Below, in pieces: positions 37,830-53,135 of a stretch of 64,000 bases of DNA. The stretch is taken from contig MU058037.1 in assembly GCA_013265495.1 (NCBI GenBank), forward strand, positions 993,498 to 1,057,497, written 5' to 3'. Below the pieces are notes generated by a model. It did no database searches. It worked only from the letters and a program-made list of their open reading frames with translations, and was not told where the DNA came from. A program made the position numbers and the translations under genes. The number at the start of each line of letters is the position of its first letter. The stretch's first letter is position 1. This stretch comes from Vicugna vicugna (taxonomy: Eukaryota).

Positions 37830-38815
37830 CTGGTAAGAGAAGAATAGATGATCCTCTGGCAATAATAATGGCTTTTCTCTTTTCTAATCCATTGCAGAGA
37901 TATTAAATATATCCTCCCTCACGTGCAAAATGCATCCTGTCACATTTTCCTTTAAGAAAACAAACACCTGGAAATGCAAGTCAACGCTGTATTGCTTAAC
38001 ACGGAGGCAGGTTCACTTGCAAAAAGACCTTTCAGTCAACAGATACCAAAGCAGCTGGCCAAAGTGGTCACATGTTAAATAACTCCCCCTCCCCTCAAAA
38101 AGCTATTCTTTCTATGCCTGCCAGGGAACAGACAAATTTAAGACAATGGCAAGCCCTATGGAAATAAATTCGGGGGCCAATCTGTTGACAACTTTTTATT
38201 TTGACAAGTAAGAGGGAAAACTGTGATCTTCGATCATAATCATTTTATAAAATAAAGTATATTTTAGGTAGAATAGAGGAAGACTATAACCTGAGGATAA
38301 CAGCTTAGTCTTTATATTGAATGCACCTAGCTTTATGAAAATCTTTCTCAATCATCCTTATATGTCTTGCTTAAGCATGGACCACTGGATGATGAAAACA
38401 TTATTATGGACTCTTACCTGGCCCACTGTATGAGAACTATTTGCCTCTGGCCATAATTAAGAAGTTTGATATTTTAAGAGAAAATTACACAGAGGGCTAT
38501 AGAGAGTGTACTCAAAGAAACTCCTATAAACCTAGCCCCAAGGGGATTCTGTAGCATGTTTTAATGTTATTGTGAATGTATCTTCTGAAAACTATCTTTT
38601 AAATACATGATTCCTAATAACAAATATTATTCCTTCGGGTGACTTTACACCCCAAAAAGAAAAAAGGGAGAGATGCAGCCGTATTCATATAATAGACTAT
38701 AATAGAGTCAATGGGGAAGTATAAATCAATTTACAGAAATTCACAGTTTACAGAAATCTAACTCCTCAAGAAAATGTCTGTGGTATAAACTGAGGAGTAC
38801 TCATATGGTATTTTA

Positions 38816-38923
<108 letters not shown>

Positions 38924-39544
38924 CTAACAAAAAGAAAAAGATTAAAAAAAAAGTGTTTCACAGCCAACTATCATTCAGCAAGAGGCATAAATATGATAGC
39001 AAGAAAAAAAGCCATATTTTAAAGAGGAAATTGCATTCAATAAATCAGAGGTAGTCATAGAATATACTGTGAGATGGCAAACTAACCCCAGAAAGGTGCT
39101 CCTGAATATCATTTCTATTTTATTATGCTACACATTTCCTTCTCACCCACTTCTCTATTCACACCAATTTAGCCAACTCTAACAAAACGTTAACAGTATT
39201 CTGAGTGACTCTGGTTTAATGGGGAAAACATAGAAATGTCAACATACAGATTACTTTCTCTGATTAACTCACATAATTTCAGTATTCTTTTCAGTAGGCT
39301 TGTGTTTCCCAAAATCTACCAACCACACTGGACCAAAGTTTTAAGACCAACTATTTCCATTTTACCTTCAGCAATTTCCATGAAATATTAAAGAGAGGTC
39401 CTCATGGGGAATCAAAATCAAATAGAAGTAGTGCAGACCACAAGGTCAAGGTCTGCAGTATGTGTGACAACCAGCCAAGTATGAAGAAATTCTTCCAAAC
39501 ATCTGAAGATTGTTTCTTAAACCCTTAAATAGGTGAGGACAAAA

Positions 39545-39887
39545 ATATTCTAAACCAAAATGGCCCAGAAGCCAAAATCCAACCTGCTGCTTGTTTTTGT
39601 ACAGGCTGCAAGGTAAGACTACATTTTATATTTTTCAATGGTTGCGGATAAAACATAAAGAAGTGTTAACATCTTGTGGCATGTGAAAATTATATGAAGT
39701 TCAAATTTCAGTGTCCATAATTCAAGATTTATTGGAACACAGGCACGTTAATTCAAGTGCATGTTGTCAGCGGCTGTTTTCCCACTACGGTGGCAGGGCT
39801 GAGCAGCTGGAACAGAGACTTTACAGCCCACAAAACCTAAATTATTTACTATCTGGCCCTTTACAGAAAAAGTCCGCCAACCCCTGC
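39545..39887. mobile_element. MER58B-like hAT MITE
   Basis: ...aattatttactatctggccctttacagaaaaagtccgccaacccctg terminus. Confidence 0.65.
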
Positions 39888-40379
39888 ACTGGAGACAACA
39901 TAATGTTCTATAATAATAAAGATGTCTATGTCCTAATCCCTGGAACCTGTGGAAATAGCACCATATGTGGCAAAAGGGACTTTTAAACTATGATTAAATT
40001 AAGAATCTTGAAATGCAGACATTAGCCAACATTATCCAAGTGAGTCCAATGTAATTACAAAGGTCTGTATAAGTAGAGGGAAAGAAAGCCAGGAGAGTGA
40101 ATGTGTCAGTGATGCAATGTGAGGCAACCCAACTGGTCACAGCTGGCTTTGAAGAAAGAAGGGGCCAGGAGTCAAGGAATGTGGGTAGCCTCTAAAAGCT
40201 ATAAAAATAAAAGACAAGGAAACAGAGTCCCCCCTCTAGAGTAGCTAGGAAGGGAAACAGTCCTGCTGACACCTTGATTTTAGCCCACTGATACCTGAAA
40301 TAAAGAACTGTAAAATAATAAATTTGTATTCTTTCAAGTTTGTAGTGATTTGTTATAGCAGCAAAAGCGAACCAATACA
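39888..40379 (+). mobile_element. MaLR LTR (MLT1-type)
   Basis: gtcctaatccctggaacctgtg...gacaccttgattttagccc...tttgttatagcagca...aataca. Confidence 0.8.
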
Positions 40380-40646
40380 CACTGTTCTAAACTTTCAACC
40401 CATGGATCCTACCAATCCTTCATTCTCAAGCTAGCCCAAACACCCCAGGTACCAAGCAATACCGATGAATAAAAACAGTCTTCAGAAAACATTAACCTAC
40501 GTAATCACCCAGGATCCTCCCAGCTTTGGTCCCTAAAAGTTACCACTCTGGCTTTACACACATTCTTTCTTTTACTACAATCCTAGAGGTAAGTACTATT
40601 ATCACCATCCTTACTTAACAAATGAGGAATCTAAAACACAGAGTAT

Positions 40647-41030
40647 GTGTTGCAGATGTCACTGGTGCTGTACCAGATCCCGTTTTCTACCAGGACTGTG
40701 CACCCATTCCTGCACCTCTCCTGCTTCCAGAAGATTAGGCTTAGCTTAGGGACTCCTCTCACCTGGAGACTACTGGGAGGTGATACGCCACCTCTCAGTA
40801 ACTGGCTGATGTGCAGTCAGAATAGCTCAGCCCCTTATTTCAGGCTGAATAATTTCTGTGGTGCAACTGATGCTCCAGAATCTTCTGTGGGATCAGACTG
40901 AGGCTAAACTTCTGAAACTAATTATGTTTTCCTCACCACCTTACAGGTTTCTCCTGAAACTACTTGTGCAATATATCATTTATCTAAGAAACCCTTTTTG
41001 AGCTCTGCTTCTAATGGACTTGACCTAAGA
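40647..41030 (+). mobile_element. ERVL LTR16-like solo LTR
   Basis: tgttgcagatgtcactggtgctgtaccagatccc...ctctgcttctaatggacttgacctaaga. Confidence 0.55.
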
Positions 41031-42602
41031 GTAATTAAGTGAATTGCCCACATTTCACAGGGATTCAAACCCAAGCAGTCTCTCTTCAGAGCCTCTGCTT
41101 CATAATATGCTACCTTCTCAAGTCTTACCTCCTCTTGACTCTAGTACTTCTGTTTATAAACACTCATGCCCAAATGTAATCTTCTTTGTTCCTCTAAGTC
41201 TTATTTAAATTAGAAGTTCAGGGAATAGCCTCACCCCCTGGCTCCTCCCACTGTGGACCACCTCAGTGGACTATACAGCCCTGGTTCTGCCTCTCAGGAC
41301 TCAACAGCTGCTAACAGTCTGCTCCTGGAGTGCTCCATCAGAGCTCCCCCTAGTTCAGAGCAGAGGATTCAGGCACAGAGGACTGGCCTCTACGAATGGA
41401 GCCAGAAAAATAAAGCATGGCCCTTCATATCCACAATGGAAGCCACCCCTTCTCCTCAGAGAATGAGACTGAAGCTGTTTTCTGGCGGCTGAGTGGATTT
41501 ATGCTGAGACAGGCATGTCCTTTCTATCGTCCTTGTTGCAAAGGTACACATTTGTCAGAATTCAGTTTCAGTCTCTGACACTTTGACCAAAATGGATGTT
41601 GTAGAATAGTCCCCTTAACACATCACCCAGGTATAAAATGAACTGAATATATGAGAACAAGAGCATGATATGGGGGGAAGAGTAGGGATTTTGGAGTCAT
41701 ATCAATCTAAACTCTAATGTAGATTCTACCATGGGTTTTAATCTCTTTGAGCCTCAGTTTCCTCATGTGTGAAACAGGCTAGTAATATGTACACCTCTCA
41801 GAACCAGTATGAGAATTGTTTGTTTCAATTAAGTGTAAAGTCCAACTCCCATGCCTGCATATAATAATCACCAGGAAAAATGCATTCCCTTCCTCCAAGA
41901 AAACTGCTCCTCTACTGTTTTTTTCTTTTTTTCACCCCCTACTGTTCTGTTCTCACCTGGGATGGCATGCCTATGAGTATGTGATGAAGTATTAGGAATA
42001 TTAAATACAATTTATGGAGCACTTACTGCATATAAAGCATCGTGCTGGTGATTTACATTATCTCAGTCATTTAATTCTTACAACAAGTTAGTGAGCTCAG
42101 AAATAGTTACCCATTTCATAGACGAAGACTCTGAGATGCAGGAATGTTAAGGAACTTGCCCAAATTCAAAAAAGCTTGCCACCTGCAATTGGCCGAACCG
42201 AATTTTGGACCTGTGTCTGACTCTACAACCCCTCCCTTATGCTTTTCTTGAAGCAACATATATTCTAGATGGATTTGCACAACGTGATAACCCCTGAAAT
42301 GAAAACAGATACACAGAAGGGCCCATTTTAGCTCTTCCCATGACACAGTTGTAGATATTTTTAAAAATATGGGCAGAAAAAATATGGGCTTTCCAGGACA
42401 CTGATGAAGGAGCCAGAAGTACCCTTCAAGGATACAGACTTGGTTTCTCCTCCTGGATAAGGAGTGGCCTCCCTTGTGCTGTGTATGATTTAAGAACCAG
42501 GAGAACCGACTCAGTGTTTATAAACATTCTCTTTAAAAGCACATGGATTTTTACCTGAATTCTGGAATGCTGAAATAAACCCTAGTATGATAGACTTGAG
42601 GC

Positions 42603-42748
42603 GGAGGAAGGTATAGCTCAGTGGTGGACTGCATGCTTAGCATGCACGAGGTCCTGGGTTCAATCCCCAGTACCTCCATCTAAATAAATAAATAAGTAAG
42701 TAAAAAACCTACTTACCTCCCCTACCCCACCCCACCCCACCAAAAATG
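42603..42748 (+). mobile_element. tRNA(Ala)-derived camelid SINE (Vic-1-like), PHEX intron 18
   Basis: A and B boxes plus an AGC anticodon-like ttagcat. TSD gacttgaggc at 42593-42602 and 42749-42758. Confidence 0.92.
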
Positions 42749-44316
42749 GACTTGAGGCACAGCAAAGTTTCGGGTGCCTTCCCAGCACCAGTAAGTTATC
42801 AGGATGGAGTACATGCCTGGCTAAAGGACCAAGAGGCTCTGGGAAAACCATGTGAAGGTATACTGGTCTACTCCAGTTCTTTGTGGTGCTCTGCTTCTCT
42901 TAGGTGCTGTGCCCTGAAATTTATCCCAGTTTATATGAGATTCTACCATTTGACAAACATCTAATTCAGTAAGGAAAAAATGCCTTGTAATCATGACTAA
43001 AGTGATGCTGGATCAACTGACTATCCTCTTGGAAGAAAATAAAAGTGAACTCTCATATTAAACTCCACAGCCAAATAAGTTTCACATGCATGAATATTTA
43101 AATGCAAAATAACCAAACAACAAAAACCTTCCCAGAAAAGCTAGGAGACTACATATATGATAGAGAATGGAAATGCAGAAACTTTTTTTTTTAAAGAGAT
43201 AGGTATCTTTGACCACATGGAAATATTTAAATTTTGTATGTCAAAAGATACCATATACAAAGTCTAAAGGATGAGAAATATATTGGGGGGAAAATACTAT
43301 ACTGTGAATAACAGACAAAATTATAACATCTATAGTATTTTTAAAGTTCTCATAAATTGACAAGAAAATAACTCAATACATAAATGCTCTTTCATACATC
43401 ACTGGTGGGAATATTAAATATTATAACTTGTTAGTGACAGTAGGAATCTATCGTACAGGGGGAAAAAAGAATATGTACATAATAAGAGTGTTCGGTCCAG
43501 CAGCATTTATTGTGGAGAAATAATTGGAGACAGAGCATAGCCCCTCAACAAGAGGGTAGGTGAATATGTTACAGGACACTCACACTTTTTTTCAGTGGAC
43601 TTTCAGGCAGCCACTGAAGACAATGAAGCAAGGTGTGGAGGGGTGTGTGTATCTCTACGTGAGCATGGGGAAAAGTGTATCAGGGTTACTGAGAGGGATT
43701 ATAGGCAGGGACATTAATAGCGATGAGAGGTAAAGGGGAAGATGAAGGCAAAGACAAAAAAGAAAGGAACAACATTTCACACAACAAGCGAGTATATAAT
43801 TATATTTGTGCTTTTATAAAAATGTATGTATGTATATATACTAGAAAATCAACATTTTAAAAGTCATTACTTCTGTTCAAACTTCTCTAAGAACTCTTAA
43901 CCAATTCAGAGTCATTAGTTCAAATTACTGAGTTTTTATTTCAATTAATTAAACCTAAGCAGCAGTCTGGAAGGAAATCTTTTTAATGATATGGAGATTT
44001 GTAAGAATTTTACTGTTTATCTTTGCTACAGAATTTTCTACATTAGTCTAAATCTAGGAGAACAGACTAAAGTTTAGGCCTGTGATTCCCAAACTTCAGC
44101 TTATATCAGAATCATCTGAGGGCTCATGGAACGACAGACTGCCAGACTACCCGGCCCCACCCCCTGAGATTCTGAGTCAGTAGGTCTGGACTAAGTAAGA
44201 CTAAAGAATCTGCATTTCTAACAAGTCCCCTAGGGAGGCTGATGCTGTTGGCCTCGGAACCACATGTTGAGAACAAATGGTCTAAAGCAAGCTCAGGTCC
44301 ACATGAAGAAAGATTA

Positions 44317-44499
<183 letters not shown>

Positions 44500-46048
44500 T
44501 TAAAAGATAACTCATATTAGTTGTGGAAACAAATTAACTTCTTCCTCTTTCCTTTGACAAGCTCTCTTCGACAAGCCTTGCAAAAGCAGTCCCAGCAGCA
44601 GGGACCAGGCCTGGAAGGAGCTCAGCCTTCTCTCCGTGTCACAGGTTAACTGCAAAACGTGAGGAAAGGAGAAAGAGGTCTGAGGAAGTTCTTTCCTTCT
44701 AAGCACCAAAGAAGATTTCAGAAATAAGATTTATCAATTTATGGCATGTACCATTGTTAACCAGTCTTGGATCCTTTTTTCTCACCTGCCCTGACCCAAA
44801 ATGTTCTCTAACTATGAATGAAATGGCCTCATTCAGAAAGTCCATGGAGCAAGTCAGAGCACCACTACCACTGAAATTCCAAACACCCAGAGGAACAGCC
44901 CCGCTGAGTCACTCGCACCCTGTGACCACAGCCCCTGACTCAGCCCGAAAGGAACGTGTTTCCTCCAAGTTGCCAGGAGCCAAGAGACACATAAAACCTC
45001 TCTTATGAATCACTCCACAGCCACTGGTGTAGATGGAAGGCCCAGATGTCCTGCTTTGACAAGGAAGGTTGCTTTAAAAAGAGAACTTGGAACAAGAATG
45101 GAAATCTCCAAAACACAATGGGAAAAAAGACTAGTCACACATGCTTTTTGCTATGGGCTCTCTCTTCATTTCCTCTACATCCTTCCAAAAAAAAGTTTGG
45201 GTGTATCTGGTGTATAGACCATCTTCTATACTCAAGGTCACTATAGGTTTAAATTTAATTATGCAGAGAGCTATTCATTGGGCTTAGAAAAAAGTCCCCA
45301 AAGCAAAGGTGTTAAGTGAAACAATCCAACACTCTTCAGAAAAGCTGGATGCCACCCACCCTCCCCGAGAGCGCACAGAGTCACTGTTCTCTACTCACTA
45401 ACCAATCATTGAACAGTTACTACTGGCCATGTACTTATATGTGTAATGCAGTGTTCTAAGTATTGGTTACAGAATGAAATGCCATCTTCAGATTCTGTCC
45501 TTCAAGAGAGAATCCAGAAGCCTTCCAAAAGATTCTGAGGGAAAACTAAACTTAAATTTCCCAGGAAAAAAGCCCCAGAACCAAGAGACCACTGCTGGCT
45601 TTTGTTTTGTAGCTAAGACTCTCCTCTCAGATAATACAAACATGCAAAGACAGAAAGTGTAGCTCTGGGGAGTCAGGTGACTACAAGGCAGCTACATTTC
45701 AAGCTGGGACAGGAGACCAGGGGAGCAAAAATCCTAGATGATTAAGGAAAGGCTGGTGTGAGTACAGGAAGAATCACTCAGAAGGAGAGGAACCAAAAGA
45801 GTCTCTGGTCGTGTTGTAGGCATCTAGGAAAGGATGCTGGAGACATCACAGACATGAAAGAAAAAGGTCCCTCTAGACAACGTTGCCTTGGGCCAAGGGG
45901 TTCATTGAGTCTGCCTGTAAGTCACTTTGTGGATGTGGATGTGATTGTAATTTGCTGCTAATTCATAAGTCTCAGAGATTTCATGTAGCTTTCCAATGAT
46001 ACTCAAGAGTTAAAGGAAAAAGGAGTGCTGATTAAAAATGATGACTCT

Positions 46049-46834
46049 ACCATATGATCCAACAATTCCACTCCTGCGCATACAACTGGAGAAAATTTTA
46101 ACTGGAAAAGACACATGCACCCCAATCTTCATAGCAGCACTATTTACAATAGCCAAGACATGGAAGCAACCTAAATGTCCATCGACAGATGATTGATAAA
46201 GAAGATGGGGTATAGGGGGAGGGTATAGCTAAGTGGTAGAGGACATGCCTAACATGCACAAGGTCCTGGGTTCAATCCCTCCATTAAAATAACTAAATCA
46301 ATGAATAAACCTAATTACCTGTCCCCACAAAAAAGAAGCCATAATAAGAAGATGGGGTATATATACACAATGGAATACTACTCAGTCATAAAAAAAGAAT
46401 GACATAATGCCATTTCCAGCAACAGGATGGACTTAGGGATTATCATACTAAGTGAAGGAAGTCAGCCAGAGAAAGACAAATATCCTATGACATCATTTAT
46501 ATGTGGAATCCAAACAAACAATGCAAATGAATTTATTTACAAACCAGAAAGAGACTCACAGGCATAGAAAACAAATTTATGGTTACCAAAGGGGAAAGGC
46601 AGGGGGAGGGATAAATTAGGGGTTTGGGATTATCAGTTATTTACCACCATATATAAAATAGATAAACAACAAGGTCTTAATGTATAGCACAGGGAACTAC
46701 ATTCAATATCCTGTAATAACCTATGATGAAAAAGAATTTTCAAAGAATATATATATGTATAACTGAATCACTATACTGTACACCAATGTTGTAACACAAC
46801 TTTGTAAATCAACTAAACTCCATCAACAACAGCA
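46049..46834 (+). mobile_element. 5'-truncated L1 3' end in PHEX intron 17, host of the nested SINE
   Basis: Homologous to the L1 at 1497-2433. TSD aaaaatgatga(c/t)tct at 46034-46048 and 46835-46849. Confidence 0.9.
46215..46345 (+). mobile_element. Vic-1-like SINE nested inside an L1 3' end
   Basis: A perfect 16-bp TSD aagaagatggggtata at 46199-46214 and 46346-46361 is made of L1 sequence. Confidence 0.93.
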
Positions 46835-47401
46835 AAAAATGATGATTCTCAAAGGGCAATCATTTCTTTAGTTTATGCCATTTTCTGCTCTTTCCTTTTG
46901 CTTAAATGTCATCAGGATACATAGCATATTCTATATTATACATCACTAGGAAAGCATAGCATTTCTTAAAAAATTCCGAATATATGCCAGCATAGAGAAA
47001 AACAGAGATTAAGCATTGCATAATCCTTGAAATGGTATAAAGGAACCAGTCAGCCAAGTCACAGACTCCTAACTCGCTGAGTCCTAACTTGGCAGCATGT
47101 ATAATCATCTTCAGAGAAGAGCTCACACCTCCAGGGAGAGCATCTCAAAGTGGTGAATAAGTAAGTGAAAGGAAGGGAAGCTATAAAGCAAATCCTATAA
47201 CTATTGGTGCAGCTAGAGCAATCCGGATCTAAACGTGAAGCTAATTTCATTGAAATTACAAGGTCTTTTCTTCATTCTGCCCCATCACCGATGGGAGCAA
47301 CTATTTATTTATTGCAAGCTATCACAGCAAGACATGGAGGAAAGCTTTCAATCAGCAATTATATGGCTTTGGATAATCTTCAATCTATGATGATGCCACT
47401 A

Positions 47402-47671
<270 letters not shown>

Positions 47672-48174
47672 CTACTAACCACAACCATGAAATTGTAAAG
47701 AAGTAAACAAATCTTTCTCACTGAAATAGACAAAGAAAATATAACTTCTAACATTGTCGTTGTGACCATGTATGGACCGTAGTTCCAACCCTCTGAAATT
47801 AGGGATGTGAAAGAGATGGTTTCTAAAGTCCCTTCCAGCCCTAAGGCTCCTATGGTTCTACATCCACCCTAGCTGCAGTTTATAAACACCCCGAGCAGCA
47901 GTAGGGTTTGAAAAGATCCTGTCAGTAAACATACCATTTATTTTTTATCTGAGAAACTGCTGAAAAATCACTATAGACTTAGAAGTTAAATTGTTTTCCA
48001 AATGTAGTCATAAAACAGGAATAGAGCAGAGATTAAAAGGGATCACTCTGCTTTCAAAGGCAGTCACGTTCCTCTGCTTCTGTGACAAATTCACAACTGA
48101 ACAGCCAAGACTGTGAAGCCTTAACTAGGTTTGCAAAAAGCATTATCTTATTTCTCTTCACCTCTGAAGAAGCA

Positions 48175-48704
48175 TGTGGTCGATTACCTACAAAGGTGAC
48201 CAACGACAGCTCCACCCACCCTGAACACATGTGCCCCTCCTCCCACCAAGGGGCAATCTATTTCCTTCTCCTTGAATCTGGACGAGCCTTGGGGCTTGCT
48301 GTGACCAACAGAATGCAGTGGAAGGGCCATGTGTGACTTCTGGGCTAAGGCTTTGTAGCTTCCTTTTTTTTTTTTTGCCCCTGTGGAAGGCAGCTGCAAT
48401 GCAAAAAAGTGGGAGTAATGAGCTGGAGAGAGAAGCCAAGTGAAGCAAGTGACAGATGCCAAAAGTTGAAAGACTCTGAAGGAAGAGAGGTCCAGCTAAG
48501 CCCCAGCCATTCAAGCCAGCCCAACTAGGGCACCAGACAGGTGCGTGAAGTCATCTTAGGTCCTATGGCCTTAGTTGAGCTGCCCCAACCAATGCCACAC
48601 GGAGCAGACAGAGATAAGCTATCTCAGCTGAGTCCTGCCCAAACTGCAGAATCATGAGCCAACAGTGGTGGTGCTTTGTTACACAGCAATAGATAACCGA
48701 AACA
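48175..48704 (+). mobile_element. MaLR LTR (MLT1-type)
   Basis: TG...CA ends and the tail ttgttacacagcaatagataaccgaaaca. Confidence 0.7.
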
Positions 48705-51399
48705 GAACACGTGAGTCACGTATGAGGAAATCAGTAAGGGGGCTTCCATACGTGTGTGTCTGGGATCTTCTCTCTCAACTAAAAGTTCCCTGAAGGCCAA
48801 ACCCCTACCTACTTGATTGCAGCTAAATTCTCTGTACCTGGTACACAGTAAAAAAATAACAATGATTTAACTAATTGATTAATTAACTTTATCATTTCAT
48901 GCAAGTGATAGATCAATATGTAACTGATTTTAGTCATTTAACGTATGCATGAGGATTGCAAACAACTTAAAATCCTCGTTACAAGGATTCTTCCTTGTAT
49001 TTGTAATTATGCTAAAAATATTTCGCAGTTGGTTCCTGACATACAACATCAAAGTCACCCAGGAAACAGACAGGACCTGTAAGTGGAAGGAACGAAAATT
49101 TTTACAGCAGTATGTTATTATAGGACATAATGATCCTTAACATGCTAATTGTTTGTCTCAACTATACCCAAGGAAGTGCTGTAAGATTTAATTTTTCCCC
49201 TTGGTGGCAATTCTTTCCTTTGTTATTTCTTTCCTGCAAGGTAATTTACATTTGAAAAAATGCTTTCCTACTGTTTTTCCATCATTGCAAACCTTCATTA
49301 AAGAAGTAAGAGTAAAATTATGCATTTCAATCATAGAGCTATCATAGCAGTGTGGGACAAACTTGTAATTTTACATAGTGCTAATTTTTGCAGCAGTAGC
49401 TATCACTATGCAGCCTGTAACATTTCGTTTTTCCAGGACTCTCAGCTCTGAGAATAGTACATGGTCCTCTGCAAGCCTTGGTCAATGCTGTTGACTGGAT
49501 GAATTGAAGGGATGAATAACAGAAGCTTATAGGAACTGCTCTGCAATAAATGTCCCTTCAGAGGGACTGCTCCAATGGGCTTCCTATCTGCAAATGGTAA
49601 CAGAGAATTCAGGAAATGATTGAATCACTGCAAGTTCCAATTCTCAGTTACATAATCACAATCCTTTGGACAAGAGACAAAGAAAAAGTAATTTTAGATG
49701 ACTAAGCCTGACAGTGATAATGTTTCATAATACTAAATTCACATCTTCCATTTTATCAATGGGCATGATTTAAATTAGCATGGCATAAAAATAAGTAAAT
49801 AAACTCATTTGCCTTTTAAAATGTGACTGGCTGGCCAGAAACAAGAAGACTCCTGCAGAGAAAATCTAGCTTTCCAAAAATAAAATGGGGAAGATAACAA
49901 TTCTTCCACCTACTCAGTTTCTCTTTTGTTCTTACTACTCGATGAGTTTAACACATGCACAGGATCTGCTGTCAACAGGGAAACAATGGTACTGCTGTCT
50001 GGAGTGACCATGATCTCACGCTGTCATCAAGTAAAGGCTACTCTATGCCTGAAATAGAAATTCACAAAAGTCTCAGAGCTGCAAGCAGCTTTAAGGTCAT
50101 CTAGCTCAACTCCTTAGCAGAGGCATGGGGCTCCGCTACGAAAGCCCATTCAAATGGTCGTAAGATTCTCCTTGGGCATTTCCAATACCCCGTCTGAGGT
50201 GGCCCATTCCCTCTTCTCAGTTCTAAATAAGACAGCACTCCCTAATGTTGATCTAGAATTTCTTTCTTATTGATTCCTCAAGTGTAGTGGTCTAAAGTGT
50301 TCTAGCTGGACACCCGCTGACCCACTTTCCAAACACAGTAAATCATTCCACCACCTTAACTTTCCTTCAAAAATGTTAAAAGACAGTTATGAGGTTCTCC
50401 CTCAAGTGTTCTCGAGTTCTTTCAACTCTTTTTCTTCAGTCATGAATTCCAGACCAGCATTTCCCAAAACACAGAGAAAGGGGGAGTTTAGGAATCTCTG
50501 GGTTAAACACATTTTAGATAGGTTTTTCTTGCAGAAATTCTTGGGAATTTTTATGCTTCTAAGTATTGTGGTTCTCCAGAACAAAGGGAAGGGGAGGATG
50601 ACACTTTGGGATATGCTGTCTTAGGCCACTTACAATCCTGAGTCTTTACTCAGGAAACAGTTCAGCTTGTTGATGTCCCCACAATTAGACCCAACATTCA
50701 CGGGAGGGCTAAGCGGACCAGTGTGAGCAGAAAGGATACCCACTTGTTGGTTCTGGAGGATATCCATCCAGAATAGATGGATGTATGGGAACCTATCTCA
50801 CTAGACTGTGATTCCCATCTCTCCAGCATCTCCGTATTTCCAATGCAGAATGCCCAAAAGATGCTTAATAACTATTCAGTGAATGGGTATCTTAAGAGGA
50901 TGAATGGCTTCAATACAAACACAGAACTCTTAGGGGAAAAAAAGACAAGTTTCTCTCCCACTCAGCATAAGGTTGAACTAACAGACACTAATATTGGCTA
51001 AGAGTCTATAATTTTGACTTCTGTATCAGGAAATTATCTCATGGACCCAATAAACAAATTTACTGAACCAATAACTTCAAAATCTAACCAGAATATGTCC
51101 AAGTCTCCAGGTATATAACCACAGTAATAGAAGCTCAGTTAAATTGCTAATGATAAGTAGAATCAAAGAATTCTAGGACTTTTTAGTGTGAAGCAAGCTT
51201 AGAGAATATTTAGCCTCAACCTTTAATTTTATGGAAATATATATATAAATTTCTAATCTTAACAATAGAGAAAATTGACTACAAATATCTGAACACTAAT
51301 GAAAACTATGCAGCTGAGACCTAGGATGATATTAATGGATTTGGTGACTATAAACTGAGAATTTTCATTTAAGCTAATGATGGTGCTCCCCTATCTTAG

Positions 51400-52180
51400 G
51401 CTCTATCAGTGCCTGCTCCTATCCCTCGGCACTCATCATTTTCAAGCACATCAATGCCAGCAACTGAAACTAGTTGCCTGAGGGCTTTTTCGGGCCACCA
51501 AAGCCCACTCAGCCTAGGTTGGTCAATGCCAGGGAGTTAATACACCTGGCGGCAGCCCTCAATCAATGATGTAAAGTGAGTTGGAAGATAAGTGTCCCAG
51601 CTCCCTTGCCCCTGAGGCAGGATCACGCTGAAGCACGTTCTACAATCCCCCAGCAGGACTAAGCACCAGTGGCCAACAGTGATAACTGACTTTTAAAAGA
51701 AAATGTGGAGAAGAAGGCAGAAGACGAGAGTCAGAAGGAGATGTGACTAAGGATGAATGGTCAGAAAAACATAACTGCAAGTTTGGAAGATGAAGGAAGA
51801 GGGCCTTGAGCCATGGAATGTGGGTCACTTCTAGAAGCCAGAAAAGGCAAGGATGCTTCCCTACAGCTTCCAGAAAGAAAGGTATTCCTGCCAACACCCT
51901 GTGTTTAGCCCAGTGAGACCTAGGTTGGACTTCTGGCCTACAGAACTATAAGCTAATAAACTGACGTTGTTTTAAGCCACTAACTTTGTGCTAATTCATT
52001 ATGGCAGTCACAGAAAATGTATACGACACAATTTAAGAGACGGTTTCCTCCCCTCCCTGTCTCACTTCCCAACTCCCCTACTGGTGTTTTCTGGTGTCTC
52101 CTCCCAAAAGAACTACTCGCATTTGAATCCTTGTTACAGTATCTACTTCTGGGGAAGCCCAAATCAAAACCCTGCCACCG
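51400..52180 (+). mobile_element. ERVL LTR16-like LTR split by an MLT1 fragment (~51700-52024)
   Basis: LTR16-like sequence gccagggagttaat...cagccctcaatcaatga resumes after the MLT1 tail as tttcctcccctccctgtctcacttccc...ttctggggaagcccaaa. Confidence 0.6.
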
Positions 52181-53080
52181 TATCTCTCTTATTTATATAT
52201 GTATGTGATCCTCTGTCTTTTTAACCTGCATAATCATACCGAAATTGTCATTTATACAAACCAAAACACAAGAGACTGCTAAAATTAAGATTAAATTTTC
52301 TGTGCATTAAAGCACCAGAGCAAGCAAAGGCACATAATAAAAGTAATGATATTACTGAAAATGAACATTATCAGAATTCTCATTATATATAAATTCTGAA
52401 TTACGTAAGTCTATAATCTCTTGCTATTAATGGCCTTTAAACTGATATTCCTAAGTCCAGACACTGCCAATTTTTGACCTACTGTTACCCAGGTTATACT
52501 TCTAAAGACAAATTTAACTATCTCCACTTACTCAAAAACTTCAATGCTTTCTCCTGTCTGATGTCCAGGCTTCTTACCTGGCATCCAGAGCCCTCCAATA
52601 TCAAACATCAACATTCTTTTCCAGACTTCTTTTCTACTACTTCCCTTCATATACCGCCTGGATCAGTCAAACTAGCTTCTTTGCTATTCTAAAAGCAATT
52701 TTCTTTCCTTTTCTCACATTGTTTCTTCCATCTGGACTGGCTTTAGACCCATCACCATCAACTCAAATCCCAATGATCCTTCAGGGTCCAAGTATTTGCA
52801 GTATGAGTCAATGCATAAATGAATAAATGCATAAAAAATGAAAGCTACTTGTGTATAAGTTGCCTCTCCTGTCCAGTCATACAGCCTGGTAACAAGACTC
52901 AGAAAATCGATACCTAAAACAGTCAGAGTGGGGCCAACCCCACTCCAGGTTCCATGCCCTCTTTCTGCTAAATAACCACTGGCTTTTTTTTTTTTGACAT
53001 TATATCCTATATTCTACCGAAGTAGCATGTTCTTCCTTACTTGTTTCTTTATTAACTGGTTTCTTTATTAGTTTACTTAC

Positions 53081-53135
53081 CGAGGATACTCTGTTCCCCA
53101 AAAGAAAGGCTTCTGGAGCTCTCCTGCTGGAAATC
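53081..53135 (-). CDS. PHEX: PHEX exon 16 (55 nt), (R)FPAGELQKPFFWGTEYP(R)
   Basis: Minus strand reads ttccag|GATTTCCAGCAGGAGAGCTCCAGAAGCCTTTCTTTTGGGGAACAGAGTATCCTCG|gtaagt. Peptide and length match PHEX exon 16 as recalled. Exon 15 was not found and is presumably beyond the window end. Confidence 0.96.
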
